The notes under the pieces: generated by a model
The model's input: only the letters and a program-made list of their open reading frames with translations
Told to the model about the DNA's origin: nothing
The model's database searches: none
Part shown: positions 35,630-45,840 of the stretch, piece after piece
Layout of the letters: each line of letters begins with the position of its first letter
Position numbering within the stretch: position 1 is the first letter of the stretch
NCBI GenBank assembly: GCA_963719225.1
Contig: CAVRAY010000001.1
Location: 2,336,001-2,400,000 of the forward strand
Direction of reading: 5' to 3'
Source of the DNA: Thermoanaerobaculia bacterium
GTDB taxonomy: Bacteria > Acidobacteriota > Thermoanaerobaculia > UBA5066
DNA length: 64,000 bases
Made by a program: the position numbers and the translations under genes

Positions 35630-36028
35630 TCAGCGCACGAGCCTGAAGCCCTGCTCGGCGAAATGCCGGTCGAGCGCGAACGCCTCCTCGAGACCTTCCC
35701 GGCGCATCACTTCGAAGCTCACGCAATCCACGAGACTCAGGCGACGACGCCCCGCGGTGACGAGCGCGGTCATCGCCGCCTGATGTACCTCTGCCGTTAC
35801 CCAGATCACGCGCAGAACGGGTACGACGTCCTGCTGGAGCGCCCGAGTTGCGTCGAGGCCCAGGCGGCTCTGTGCGAGCGCCACCGTTTCCACGAGAACG
35901 TAGTTCGTCGTCACGAGCGGTCGGCGCTCCCCGAGGAGCCTTCTCCAGATTGCGTCGACGCGAGAATGCGGTGCTTCGTCGGCGTCCAGCACGGCCAGGA
36001 GAGCGGACGTGTCGAGAAAGACGCTCAC
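35630..36028 (-). CDS. vapC: PIN-domain toxin (VapC)
   Basis: VFLDTSA, YVLVET, SLVDCVSF, ALDRHF. Confidence 0.92.
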   Translation of the reverse strand: MSVFLDTSALLAVLDADEAPHSRVDAIWRRLLGERRPLVTTNYVLVETVALAQSRLGLDATRALQQDVVPVLRVIWVTAEVHQAAMTALVTAGRRRLSLVDCVSFEVMRREGLEEAFALDRHFAEQGFRLVR

Positions 36029-36270
36029 CCGGCAAACGCCGATGCGAGGTGTTCGTCATGGCGGCGCGCGAGATCGCGCCGCGACGACCGAAACCGTCCG
36101 CTGACAGCCGCTGCGCGCTCCCAGGGATCGCCTCCCGCCGACCCGGTTTCCCGAAGGAGAACGTCCACGCCCCGTCGAACGAGCTCGGCGACGGAGGAAC
36201 CCTCATGGGCTGCGGCTTCCTTGAGGGCCTGCATCTGCTGCTCCGTGAGCTGAATCTGGGTTCTGATCAT
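36025..36270 (-). CDS. vapB: Ribbon-helix-helix (CopG) antitoxin
   Basis: MIRTQIQLT...SVAELVRRGVD, DLARRHDEHL; overlaps the toxin start. Confidence 0.88.
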   Translation of the reverse strand: MIRTQIQLTEQQMQALKEAAAHEGSSVAELVRRGVDVLLRETGSAGGDPWERAAAVSGRFRSSRRDLARRHDEHLASAFAG

Positions 36271-36281
36271 GGAATCTCACT

Positions 36282-36308
36282 ATGGCGACATGGCGACATG
36301 TGGCGCCA
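36282..36308. promoter_or_regulatory. Possible vapBC autorepression operator
   Basis: ATGGCGAC-ATGGCGAC-ATG-TGGCGCCA repeats just upstream of the antitoxin ATG. Confidence 0.45.
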
Positions 36309-36367
36309 ACATATCACACCTCGCGCCGTGTCGGTCCCAGGACGGCGCGCGGAGCCGTCAACGCTCG

Positions 36368-37741
36368 TCAGGATGGCTTGATGTTCTGGTTGATGTGGAA
36401 CAGGTTGCCCGGGTCGTACTTCCTCTTGATCGAGGCGAGCCGATCGTAGTTGCCCTTGTAGTTGTCGCGGATGCGGCCCTGGTCGTCGTCGGCCATGAAG
36501 TTGACGTAGCCGCCGGCCAGCGAATGCGGCTGGAGCGCGCCGTAGTAGTCCTTGACCCACTGGATGTTCTTCTCGTTGTCGGCTGGGTCCGGCCACATGC
36601 CCGCGATCACCGTCGCGAAGCGCGCGTCCCGGTAGGCGAACGCGGTCGCGTCGGCGGCGACGCGGTTGCAGGCGCCGTTGATCGGATAGATGTGCATCGT
36701 CGAGTTGACGACGGGCACCTTCGGCCCGTGCCGCACGTGAGCCGCGATGGCTCCGTCCGTGATCTCGTCCAAGAAAGCGGCCTTCCAGTAATGCTGGAGT
36801 CCCGGGGGCAGGAGCGCGTCGAACGCGCTGTTGAGAGCCGGAAACGGCATGGGCGTCACGAGCTCGGCCGCGACAGGTCCCGCCTTGCGGATCGACTGGA
36901 GCGCCTGCTCTCCCTTCTCGAGCGGCCCGGACCAGCACGCCACGATCAAACACAGGGTCTCGCCGTGTCGCTTCTCGGGAATGAACGGCAGCGGAGGCGC
37001 GATCTGGTAGGCGAAGAACGCTCCCATCTCCTCGGGCGCCGTCGCGATGTACTCGCGGTAGAACTCCATGATCTGTTTGGCGGCCGACAGCTCGAAGAAA
37101 ACCAGACCCACGAAGACGTCCTTGACGGAGTGGAGCCGGTACTCGAACGAGGTGACGACGCCGAAGTTGCCGCCGCCGCCCCGGAGCGCCCAGAAGAGGT
37201 CCGGGTTCTCTCTCTCGCTCGCGACCCGGAAGCTCCCGTCGGCCGTGACGACGTCGGCCGATAACAGATTGTCGATGGATAGCCCGTGCCCGCGCGACAG
37301 GTGGCCGATGCCTCCCCCGAGCGTGAGGCCGCCGATTCCCGTCGTGGAGATGATGCCGCCGGCCGTGGAGAGCCCGAACCCGTACGTGGCATGGAAGAAA
37401 TCGCCCCAGGTGCAGCCACCCTCGGCCCGGGCCGTCCGCGCTGCCGGGTCCACGCGGATCCCATTCATCTTCACGAGATCGATCACCACTCCCCCGTCGT
37501 TCGTGCCGAATCCGGGCACACTGTGCGAGCCGCCGCGGATCGACAGGTCGAGGCCGTTCTCACGTGCGAAGTTCACGGCCGTCATGACGTCGGCGGCGTC
37601 GACGGCCCGGACGATGACGCGAGGACGCCGATCGATCATCCCGTTGTAGACCTTGCGGGCGGCGTCGAAATCGGGGTCACCCGGCGTGATCACCTGGCCT
37701 CGGGACGCTCCGCGCAGCTCGTCGATCGTGGGCTTGGCCAT
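36368..37741 (-). CDS. FAD-binding oxidoreductase with BBE domain
   Basis: RGGSHS, GLTLGGG, LFWALRGGGGNFGVVT, YVNF, KRKYDPGNLF. Confidence 0.93.
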   Translation of the reverse strand: MAKPTIDELRGASRGQVITPGDPDFDAARKVYNGMIDRRPRVIVRAVDAADVMTAVNFARENGLDLSIRGGSHSVPGFGTNDGGVVIDLVKMNGIRVDPAARTARAEGGCTWGDFFHATYGFGLSTAGGIISTTGIGGLTLGGGIGHLSRGHGLSIDNLLSADVVTADGSFRVASERENPDLFWALRGGGGNFGVVTSFEYRLHSVKDVFVGLVFFELSAAKQIMEFYREYIATAPEEMGAFFAYQIAPPLPFIPEKRHGETLCLIVACWSGPLEKGEQALQSIRKAGPVAAELVTPMPFPALNSAFDALLPPGLQHYWKAAFLDEITDGAIAAHVRHGPKVPVVNSTMHIYPINGACNRVAADATAFAYRDARFATVIAGMWPDPADNEKNIQWVKDYYGALQPHSLAGGYVNFMADDDQGRIRDNYKGNYDRLASIKRKYDPGNLFHINQNIKPS

Positions 37742-37861
37742 GAAATCCTCCTTCCACCGATGAATCGTCGAGGTTGAGACGCTATCGCAACAAATTCAAG
37801 GCGCTATGATCCTACGTCACTCGAGAACCCGACAACGACGGCTCGGCGGAGGCAGCTCATC

Positions 37862-40800
37862 GTGACGAGTCTCGACCGGAGCGCACAACGAAAACGTGTG
37901 ATGATCGTTGCCTCGGTCGTCGCTTTTGGCGGGTTCTGTTGTGTTTCGGGCCTTTTCGGGTGTCGCACTGAGCCCAAGCCGACGGCCGAGAGGGTCGCAG
38001 CCGCCGCGCCTCCGGGCGGGATTGCACGCAGGGGTCCGGAGGCCGAAGAGATCGGCTGGCTCACCGTCCGCGTGGAGAACCCGCCGCCAGATTCGCTGAT
38101 GGCGGTCAAGCCGGAGAACCTCCCGGAACACGTGAGGAGCCTCTACCGCCTGCGCCCGGACCGCCGCTTTCTGTACGCAGCCGCGGAAATGGTCCGTCTC
38201 ACCCAGGGCGGCCCGCGCAAGGGAACCGTGACCCTCCACTTCGAGAAAGGCCGCTGGCACCTCGTCCTGGATGGAGAGCCGCTCGGCGAACTTCCCGAAT
38301 CTCCGAGCTTCGCCGACGCGAAAAGCCTCCTCGTCTCGTGGCTCCGTGCGCACCCGAAGCCCAACGGGTCGGCATCGCCCTTCGGCGCCGAGGCGCTTGG
38401 AGGTGTAAACCGCGCCACACTCGAGAGCGGGCTGCCGGCCGACGTTTTTGCTGCACTCGCGCGCCTGAACGCTGGGTGGACCGCGTCGCCGGGCGATCCT
38501 GCCCTCGCCGAGGCGGGCCTTCGTGGCCTGCTCTGGCTTTCGCTCCAGACTTTCGACGAGCTCGAGCTGGCGGATCCGGTTCTCGGAAAGGCAATGGCGC
38601 TCCTCGCGATCGCCGAAGCCGGGAGCCCGGGCAGACGCGCCCGTGAAGAGTCCCTCCTAGCCAGTCTCCTCGGATACGAGGATCATGCGCAGCTTCTCGC
38701 ACGAAGCCTTCCCACGGGGGATCCCATCCGGTACTTCGCGGCTTGGGATCTCGCCCGGCTCAAGGAGGTGGCGCATCGCGCCAAGGCCGACCCGCGAGCG
38801 GAATACCTCTATCTCCTGCGGCTCGCCGAGAACGAGACGAAGGAGGCCTGGATGCGGGAATTGGAGTCCTCCTCGTGGGGCCGCCAAGTCGAAGGGCCCA
38901 GCCTCCGACTCGTGTTGAGGTGCGACCCTTTTCAGCTGGGCGCCTCCCCGGCCACCCTCATGGAATCTCAAGTGCTCGAGGATCTCGTTCCTGCTTCTCG
39001 CGTCGCTGGAAAACTCGCGTCGGCCGAGGGAGGTCCCACTTGGCGCGAGATCGCCACACAGCGGCTGACCGCTCTCCGGCTAAGCGGCCAGAAACCGCCC
39101 GAAAGCCGTCTCACGGAGATCGAAGAGGCGGTCAATCGCCGGGCCTCGGGTCTGGACGGCCCACTCCTGGATCGACACGTGGTGCGAGGCTTCTATCTCG
39201 CCAGCTTCTATTCTTCCATCTATGCGGCCGCCCGCCACTACTTCGACCGCCTCGGTTCGACGGAAGGCGCTGAGAGCGTTGCGAACGCTCTGACGAATCC
39301 CCCGGCCGGAACGGCGACCGAGCTGAAGGACTGGATTCTCCATCGCGTGCATCTCCGGCGCTCGGCAGACGGCGTCCGGGCCGTCGCATCCGACCTGTCC
39401 CACCTCCGGCATATCGGAGTTGCACCGCTAAGCCGGATCTCATACTCGGTGGTCATCTCGGGCAGCGATCGAAACGACCCAACTCGGCGCGCTCCCGTTC
39501 GCGGGTACTTCGAGCGCCTTGACACGCGCCCCTCGAGTCTTCACGCGGCGGCCCGCTCCGCTTCCGAACTGCTCGACGACTTCGCAATCATGGAACAGTG
39601 CATGCGGTTGGCGGCCGAAAGATGTCCACGAGAAGTAGGCCGGGATCTCCCCTGGTTCCTCCGGTTCCTCGGCGACCGGGCGCGCCTCACAGCGCTCGCC
39701 GGCGACAAGACGTGGCCCGCGTTCGTGCGCTCCTCCGCTCTCTCGTCTCTGGCGCAGATGGAGAAACCCGATCCGGACGTCCTTGCGGGCCGCTACGCCG
39801 AGCTGATTCGGGAGGATCCTGGAAACGACGAAGCGCTTCGGACGGCCGTCGGTCTTCTGGAGGAGGAGGGACAGCTCGAGAAAGCAGGACAGCTCGTCAA
39901 CGAGTGGCTTGCGGCTCACGGCGAACACGATCTGAAGTGGGCTGGAGTTACGTCCCTCGAGTCGCGTCTCCTTCGAAAACGCGGCAGGTTCCGGGAGGCG
40001 TGGGAGGTCGCGGAGACCGCCGCCGGCACCTGGAAGGAGGAGTGCCTCGAGGAGGCGTCGCTCGCCCTGCTGGATCTCGGGCGACGAGGCGAGGCCCTCC
40101 AGATGGCAAGGAGGATGCTCGACCGCTACGGGAGCGTCGAAGGTTCGGCGCTCGTTGCGCGGATTCTCTGGATGGACGGGAATGACGACGAAGCGAGTCG
40201 GCTCCTGACCTCGCCCACGAGGCGGCTCGACAGCTCGAGCTGGGCCGGGGTCATTCCGGCCGCGTTCATTGAAGCATTCAGGAAAGAGAGCGACGAGAGG
40301 GCTGCCGCGGCCTTTCTGAAGCTGAACGTACCGAGCGTCCCGTTGCTGAATCTCATCTGGTTCGTCGGGAACCTGACCGACAACGGCCGAGCCGAGCTGG
40401 CGGTGAAACTGTGTGAGCATCTGCGGAAACGAGGTGGGCCTCAGGGATGGGCCACCGTGGCCACCTATCGGGCGTTCGGGAAGGCCCGAGGTCCCGCGGC
40501 GGCACGTGACTGGCTTCGGGCGAACGCCACTGCGGCCGATCTCGACGTCATCGCCAAGCAGGGGCTGGTGGACGGAGAGTACGACCTGGTCTGGGATCTC
40601 CCGGACCACCCGGACCCGACGAAGAACGAGATCCTGCACATGGCCCGCGCGGCCGCCCTTCTCTATCGGAAGGTGCCCTCGGAACCCGAGCGGAAAGGGC
40701 TGATCGAGTACCTCGAAAGCCGCCCGAAAAAGGACTTCGTCGTCTATGCCCTCTTCTTCCTCGGCCAAGTCGACCGGGCGGCGCTGTTCGGGCAGATCAA

Positions 40801-41008
40801 GGACCCCTCGTACGTCTGCAGCATTGGCTGGATTCTCGGGCTGACCTCGGCTCACGAAGGCCGGTTCGAAGAAGCTAACGCATGGTTCCAGGTGTCCCTG
40901 GAGGCCGGCGTGAGCGTCCCACCTCGACTCTGGACGTTTGCCGTCCTCGACCGCTGGACCAAGTCGGGTGGTGATCTAGCGGAAGTGGCTCGAAAGGGAA
41001 TCTACTGA
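37862..41008 (+). CDS. Large helical (TPR-like) hypothetical lipoprotein
   Basis: 1048-aa intact ORF; hydrophobic N-terminus ending GLFGC; helical repeats. Confidence 0.7.
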   Translation: MTSLDRSAQRKRVMIVASVVAFGGFCCVSGLFGCRTEPKPTAERVAAAAPPGGIARRGPEAEEIGWLTVRVENPPPDSLMAVKPENLPEHVRSLYRLRPDRRFLYAAAEMVRLTQGGPRKGTVTLHFEKGRWHLVLDGEPLGELPESPSFADAKSLLVSWLRAHPKPNGSASPFGAEALGGVNRATLESGLPADVFAALARLNAGWTASPGDPALAEAGLRGLLWLSLQTFDELELADPVLGKAMALLAIAEAGSPGRRAREESLLASLLGYEDHAQLLARSLPTGDPIRYFAAWDLARLKEVAHRAKADPRAEYLYLLRLAENETKEAWMRELESSSWGRQVEGPSLRLVLRCDPFQLGASPATLMESQVLEDLVPASRVAGKLASAEGGPTWREIATQRLTALRLSGQKPPESRLTEIEEAVNRRASGLDGPLLDRHVVRGFYLASFYSSIYAAARHYFDRLGSTEGAESVANALTNPPAGTATELKDWILHRVHLRRSADGVRAVASDLSHLRHIGVAPLSRISYSVVISGSDRNDPTRRAPVRGYFERLDTRPSSLHAAARSASELLDDFAIMEQCMRLAAERCPREVGRDLPWFLRFLGDRARLTALAGDKTWPAFVRSSALSSLAQMEKPDPDVLAGRYAELIREDPGNDEALRTAVGLLEEEGQLEKAGQLVNEWLAAHGEHDLKWAGVTSLESRLLRKRGRFREAWEVAETAAGTWKEECLEEASLALLDLGRRGEALQMARRMLDRYGSVEGSALVARILWMDGNDDEASRLLTSPTRRLDSSSWAGVIPAAFIEAFRKESDERAAAAFLKLNVPSVPLLNLIWFVGNLTDNGRAELAVKLCEHLRKRGGPQGWATVATYRAFGKARGPAAARDWLRANATAADLDVIAKQGLVDGEYDLVWDLPDHPDPTKNEILHMARAAALLYRKVPSEPERKGLIEYLESRPKKDFVVYALFFLGQVDRAALFGQIKDPSYVCSIGWILGLTSAHEGRFEEANAWFQVSLEAGVSVPPRLWTFAVLDRWTKSGGDLAEVARKGIY

Positions 41009-41014
41009 GCGGCG

Positions 41015-41557
41015 TCAGGACAGGAGCTTCAGGATCTCCCTGAGCTCCGTGACGACGAGTGCGACTCGCGGGTCCGGCGCCGGCTCGGCCAGTGTCGAGG
41101 CGGCCGGAGACGCTGGCGAGCCGGCGATCGGAGCCGTTTCGACGAAGAGGGGCATGGCCGGCTTCGACGAGGGCCGCGTGCGCATCGGGACCTTCTCGGA
41201 GGGCCTTCCCGCCGGCTTCGACTTCTCGGCCTTCTCGTCCTTCACGTCCTTCACGTCCTCGAGCGGCATGATCGCGGGATTGGTGTCGTGCGACTTCGCC
41301 CCCGAGGACTCGCTCTCGAGGCGCTTCTTGGCGCCGGCGATCGTGTAGCCCTCGTCGTAGAGAAGCCTCTTGATCTGCCCGATGAGATCCAGCTCCCGCG
41401 CGCTGTAGGTGCGCGGGCCGGGAACGGAACGGTCGGGCGCGAGGACGGGGAATTCCGACTCCCAGTATCTGAGGACGTACGGCTGCACGTCCGCGATGCG
41501 GCAGACATCCCCGATCTTGTAACGGACTTCGGCGCTGGAGCCAGCAGTTTCGGCCAT
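41015..41557 (-). CDS. MerR family transcriptional regulator
   Basis: YKIGDVC...VLRYWESEF...LLYDEGYTIAGAK. Confidence 0.92.
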   Translation of the reverse strand: MAETAGSSAEVRYKIGDVCRIADVQPYVLRYWESEFPVLAPDRSVPGPRTYSARELDLIGQIKRLLYDEGYTIAGAKKRLESESSGAKSHDTNPAIMPLEDVKDVKDEKAEKSKPAGRPSEKVPMRTRPSSKPAMPLFVETAPIAGSPASPAASTLAEPAPDPRVALVVTELREILKLLS

Positions 41558-41593
41558 CTGAACCGATCACTTTTTAGCACATTGCGGGGGGAT

Positions 41594-42910
41594 TTAGTCC
41601 CCCGACTTCACGACGAATTTCAGCGGTACGCCGTTCAGGTTCCACTTCTCCCGAATGCGGTTCTGGAGGAATCGCTCGAAGGAGAAGTGCAGGGCTTCCG
41701 TTCGGTCGGCGAAGAGACGCACGAGCGGGGGCTCGGCGGCGACCTGGACGGCATAGCGGATTTTCATGTCGCGGCCCGAGCGTGAACGGGGCGCCTCGCG
41801 CTCGAAGGATTTCTGCAACAAGCGGTTCAGCTCGCCCGTGGACATGCGGGTCGCGAACCGCTTCGCGAGCGCGTCGGCTTCCGGGAGGAGGCGCTGGACG
41901 CCCTTCCCCGACGTGGCAGACAGGGGCAGGAAGGGGGCCCGGCGCAGGAAGATGAACCGGCGCTCGGCATCGTGCTTGAGCTCCGCCGTCTTCTGATGGT
42001 CCTTCTCGACGAGGTCCCACTTGTTCGCGACGAGAAGGACGCCGCGGCCCGCCTCCTCGGCGTATCCCGCGATCGTGGCGTCCTGCGACGTGATCCCGGC
42101 CGAAGCGTCGAAGACGATGACGACGAGCCGCGCCCGGTCGATGGACTTCCGGGCGGCAACGATCGAAAGCAGCTCGGCGGAGTCCGTCGTCTTCCCTTTT
42201 CTGCGGATGCCGGCCGTGTCCACGAAGACGTATTCGCGGCCGCCCCTGGAGAGGCGCACGTCGATGGAGTCGCGCGTCGTACCGGCGATCTCCGACACCA
42301 TGACGCGGTCGGCGCCGACGAGCGCGTTCACGAGGGAGGACTTCCCGACGTTCGGCCGGCCCACGATCGCGATCGGGAGCGGCTCGGTGCGCGTCTCGGG
42401 ATCGAGGTCGGGAGGCAGCGCTTCCTCGATCGCCTCGAGGAGCTCGTCCGCGCCCGTGCCGTGGAGCGCCGAGACCCCGATGACTTTCGGGAAGCCGAGC
42501 GCGAAGCCGTCGGCGAGCGCCTCGGCCGCGGTCCTGGTGTCGCACTTGTTCCACGCGACGACGACCGGTTTGCCGAGCGCGTGGAGCCGCCGGGCGAGAC
42601 GCTCGTCCTCGGGGAGGCGTCCGGCCACCCCGTCCAGCACGAAGAGGATGAGGTCGGCGTCGGCCACGGCGGCGAGCGCACGGTCGCTCGTCCACGCGGC
42701 GAAGCCGCCCGCGGCGTCGAGATCGAGCCCCCCGGTGTCGACGAGCGTGTAGGGACGGCCCGACGGCGTCTTCGCCGTCATCTCGAGCGCGTCGCGTGTC
42801 ATCCCGGGCCGATCGTGCACGAGGGCCCTCCGCTCGCGCGCGAGCCGGTTGAAGAGCGCCGATTTCCCGACGTTCGGGCGGCCGACGAGAACGACCTTGA
42901 ACGCGCTCAC
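41594..42910 (-). CDS. der: Ribosome biogenesis GTPase Der
   Basis: Two GRPNVGKS/TRD/DTxG/NKxD domains; GTG start overlaps the rnr stop. Confidence 0.96.
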   Translation of the reverse strand: MSAFKVVLVGRPNVGKSALFNRLARERRALVHDRPGMTRDALEMTAKTPSGRPYTLVDTGGLDLDAAGGFAAWTSDRALAAVADADLILFVLDGVAGRLPEDERLARRLHALGKPVVVAWNKCDTRTAAEALADGFALGFPKVIGVSALHGTGADELLEAIEEALPPDLDPETRTEPLPIAIVGRPNVGKSSLVNALVGADRVMVSEIAGTTRDSIDVRLSRGGREYVFVDTAGIRRKGKTTDSAELLSIVAARKSIDRARLVVIVFDASAGITSQDATIAGYAEEAGRGVLLVANKWDLVEKDHQKTAELKHDAERRFIFLRRAPFLPLSATSGKGVQRLLPEADALAKRFATRMSTGELNRLLQKSFEREAPRSRSGRDMKIRYAVQVAAEPPLVRLFADRTEALHFSFERFLQNRIREKWNLNGVPLKFVVKSGD

Positions 42911-45306
42911 CGCCGCCGCGCCCGGCCGCGCGGAGCCTGGGACGGGCGGCGGCCTCGACCCTGCCGCTGCCGCTCGATCGCCTCGACCCGGCTTCCCCGC
43001 CGCGGCGGCGCGCTCTCCCCCACGGGAACGAAATCCAGGCCGCGCTTTTCCGGGTCCGCCTGGACGAGCTTCACGCGCAGGCGGTCCCCGAGCCGGTAGA
43101 CGCGCCCCGACGAAGAGCCCACGAGGCGATGCTCCACGTCCTCGTATCGATAGAAATCGTCCCCGAGCGACGAGATCGGAACGAGGCCGTCCACGTAGAT
43201 GTCCTCGAGCGTGACGAAGAAGCCGAAACCCACGACGGCCGAGACGTACGCCCAGAACTCCTCGCCCACGCGCGACGACAGGAAGACGAACTTCTTCCAC
43301 GCGACGGCCTCGCGTTCGGCGGATTCGGCGCGCCTCTCGCGCGACGAGCAGTGGGCCGCCGCCTCGTGGAACCAGCGCGTGCGGCCTTCCGCTTCCTCGG
43401 CGGGAGGCGGCCGGCGGATGGCGAGCCATTCCACGAGCGCGCGATGCACGAGAAGGTCCGGGTAGCGGCGGATAGGCGAGGTGAAATGGCAGTAGTGGGT
43501 CGCCGCGAGCGCGTAGTGCCCGCGGCACTCCTCGGAATAGACTGCCTTCTTCTGGGCCCTGAGGACGAGATCCGAGACGAAGCGCTCTTCGGGCTTCCCG
43601 GCCGCCTGGTCGAGGATGGCCTGGAACGTGGCGGGCGTGACCTCCTCCTCGTCTTCGGGAAGGTCGTAGCCGAGCGGCCCGAGCACGACGCGAAGGTCTT
43701 CTAGACGGCTTTCGTCGGGCCGGTCGTGCACGCGGTAGAGGGCCGGCGTCGGAACGAACTCCAGGTGCTTGGCGACCGCCTCGTTCGCGGCGAGCATGAA
43801 CTCCTCGATGAGCCGGTGCGCCTCGTTGCGCACGGCCCGCACGATCTCGACCACGTCTCCCGCCTCGCCGAGGATCACGTCCGCGTCCGGCAGGTCGAAG
43901 TCGAGGGAACCCCGGCGGGATCTTTTTGCTCGGAGAAGACCCGACGCCTTGTGTGCCGCGCGGAGCATGCTGGTTATGTCCGAAGAGAACGGGGATTTCT
44001 TAGAAAGTGAATGCGCCAGCGCCTCGCTTCCCCCCTCTGCGGTGCTCGAATGCTGCGCTGTAGGTTTGGAATGAGCGGCTCCCGGCGCTCCGGGCCGCTG
44101 ACCCTCCCTCTCTTTACTTTCAAAGAACTCTTCTATTAATCCCCCGACCCCTGTGTACGTCAGTCGTGCGCGGCTCTTGATCAGGCTTCTGAAGAATTCC
44201 GCCTTGACCGTTTCTCCATGCTTGTCCAGCGTGAGCACCGCCGAGACGGTGCGGCGCTCCTCGTCCGGGCGCAGCGAGCAGAGGTCGTTCGAGAGGCGCT
44301 CGGGGAGCATGGCGATCGCGCGGTCGGGGAAGTAGACCGACGTGCCGCGCTCGAAGGCCTCCGCGTCGAGGGCGCTCCCGACGGGCACGTAGTGCGACAC
44401 GTCCGCGATGTGGATGCCGATCCGGAAGCTTCCGCCCGGCAGCTCTTCCGCTTCGATCGCGTCGTCGAAGTCGCGCGCGGTCTCGCCGTCGATCGTCACG
44501 ATCGTGCGTCCCGTGAAGTCGGAGCGGAGCTTCCGCTCGTCCTCCCCGACGGCGCCGCTCGCGGCCTCGGCCTCGGCAAGGACTGCCTGCGGGTACTTGC
44601 GCGGGATTCCCCACTTGCGGGCCACGACCTCGACGTCGACGCCCGCATCCCCTTCGAACCCGATCAGCTCGAGAACCTCCGCGAGGGCGAGCCGGCGGTC
44701 GTCGGGATACGCGATGATGCGGGCCTCGACGAAGATGCCGTCGGGCGCCGCCAGATCCTTCCCGTCCGGCACCGCGAGGCGCGCGTCGATCTTGCGGTCG
44801 AAGGGCACGACGAAGGTGCCCTCGGGAGAGCGCGCGATCTTTCCGACGACCGTCTCGCGGCGCCGTACGAGCACCTTCACGACGGCGCCCGTCGAGCGCG
44901 GCTCGAAGCGCGGACGCCGCCCCCTGGGGGCGCCCTTCGGGGCAGCCCTCGGCTTCTCGAGACGCACGAGCACGAAGTCGCCGTCCAGAGCGCTGCCGAG
45001 CGCCGTGACGGGCACGTCGGGAACGCCCGTCTGGCCGGAGAGAAGGAAGGCCCGGCCCTCGCCGCGGATCGCGAGCACGCCGGCCTGGAACTCCGTGAAC
45101 TCGATGCGCGAGAGCTTCTCGCCCTTGACGCGCACGATCTCGCCGCGGCGCTCGAGGTCGGCCACCGCGGCGCGCAGAGCGTTCTCGCGCGCGGGATCGA
45201 GATCGGCGCCGAGCACACGATTCGCGAGGTCCGAGAACGTGAGAATCCGCGAGCCGCGCGGATGAAGCGCGTCGAGGATCGCTTTGGTCAATTCGAGGTT
45301 CTTCAT
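42907..45306 (-). CDS. rnr: Ribonuclease R
   Basis: TIDGETARDFDDA, HIADVSHYV, LIEEFMLAANE, HFTSPIRRYPDL, C-terminal S1 domain. Confidence 0.94.
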   Translation of the reverse strand: MKNLELTKAILDALHPRGSRILTFSDLANRVLGADLDPARENALRAAVADLERRGEIVRVKGEKLSRIEFTEFQAGVLAIRGEGRAFLLSGQTGVPDVPVTALGSALDGDFVLVRLEKPRAAPKGAPRGRRPRFEPRSTGAVVKVLVRRRETVVGKIARSPEGTFVVPFDRKIDARLAVPDGKDLAAPDGIFVEARIIAYPDDRRLALAEVLELIGFEGDAGVDVEVVARKWGIPRKYPQAVLAEAEAASGAVGEDERKLRSDFTGRTIVTIDGETARDFDDAIEAEELPGGSFRIGIHIADVSHYVPVGSALDAEAFERGTSVYFPDRAIAMLPERLSNDLCSLRPDEERRTVSAVLTLDKHGETVKAEFFRSLIKSRARLTYTGVGGLIEEFFESKEREGQRPGAPGAAHSKPTAQHSSTAEGGSEALAHSLSKKSPFSSDITSMLRAAHKASGLLRAKRSRRGSLDFDLPDADVILGEAGDVVEIVRAVRNEAHRLIEEFMLAANEAVAKHLEFVPTPALYRVHDRPDESRLEDLRVVLGPLGYDLPEDEEEVTPATFQAILDQAAGKPEERFVSDLVLRAQKKAVYSEECRGHYALAATHYCHFTSPIRRYPDLLVHRALVEWLAIRRPPPAEEAEGRTRWFHEAAAHCSSRERRAESAEREAVAWKKFVFLSSRVGEEFWAYVSAVVGFGFFVTLEDIYVDGLVPISSLGDDFYRYEDVEHRLVGSSSGRVYRLGDRLRVKLVQADPEKRGLDFVPVGESAPPRRGSRVEAIERQRQGRGRRPSQAPRGRARRR

Positions 45307-45421
45307 TTTTCTTGGAGGGTTAGAATACCGGGGCACGGCAAACTGGGCCGCCGTCGCCCGATGCGGCCGGATCTTCTACCTTTCCAAGAAAACCCAGTTG
45401 CGTCCGCGGATCGGGCCGCGT

Positions 45422-45829
45422 CTATCCCGCACCGATGCAGCGAACGCTCTTTTTCACCAGCGTGCCGTCCATCTTCATTTGAAACGACACGCCGTAACGG
45501 AACGGATCCTCTCCGGGCACGTGGACGAACTCGATCTGGCACTGCCAGCGCCGCTCGCCGTTGGGCAGCTTGACGGGTGTGACTTTCACGGCGATGGAGT
45601 TCCTGGCGGACGCATCGGTGAAGTTCTCCAGCAAACCGCTGACGTAGTCGCGCAGGTTCGCGTCCTTCGGTTCCGAGCCCACGCCTTTGCAGGACGCATC
45701 GACCGTGAGCGGAGTGTCTCCGTTGGCGAGCAACACCGAGATGACCCGCTTCGGCGTGGGGGGGTCCGCCCCCGGGCAGCGCGCGGCCGCCGACAGCAGC
45801 AGCAACAGAAAAGGGACGGACCGGCGCAT
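45422..45829 (-). CDS. Small exported Cys-containing protein (possible immunity partner)
   Basis: Signal peptide MRRSVPFLLLLLSAAARC; further Cys residues in the mature part. Confidence 0.6.
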   Translation of the reverse strand: MRRSVPFLLLLLSAAARCPGADPPTPKRVISVLLANGDTPLTVDASCKGVGSEPKDANLRDYVSGLLENFTDASARNSIAVKVTPVKLPNGERRWQCQIEFVHVPGEDPFRYGVSFQMKMDGTLVKKSVRCIGAG

Positions 45830-45840
45830 GACGGCCGTAC

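Noticed and set aside
35630-36270. vapBC as a novel system
   Set aside because: Ordinary RHH plus PIN type II toxin-antitoxin pair
41230-41262. 9-bp repeat TTCACGTCC in merR
   Set aside because: Short coding repeat (DVKDVKDEK) in a low-complexity linker
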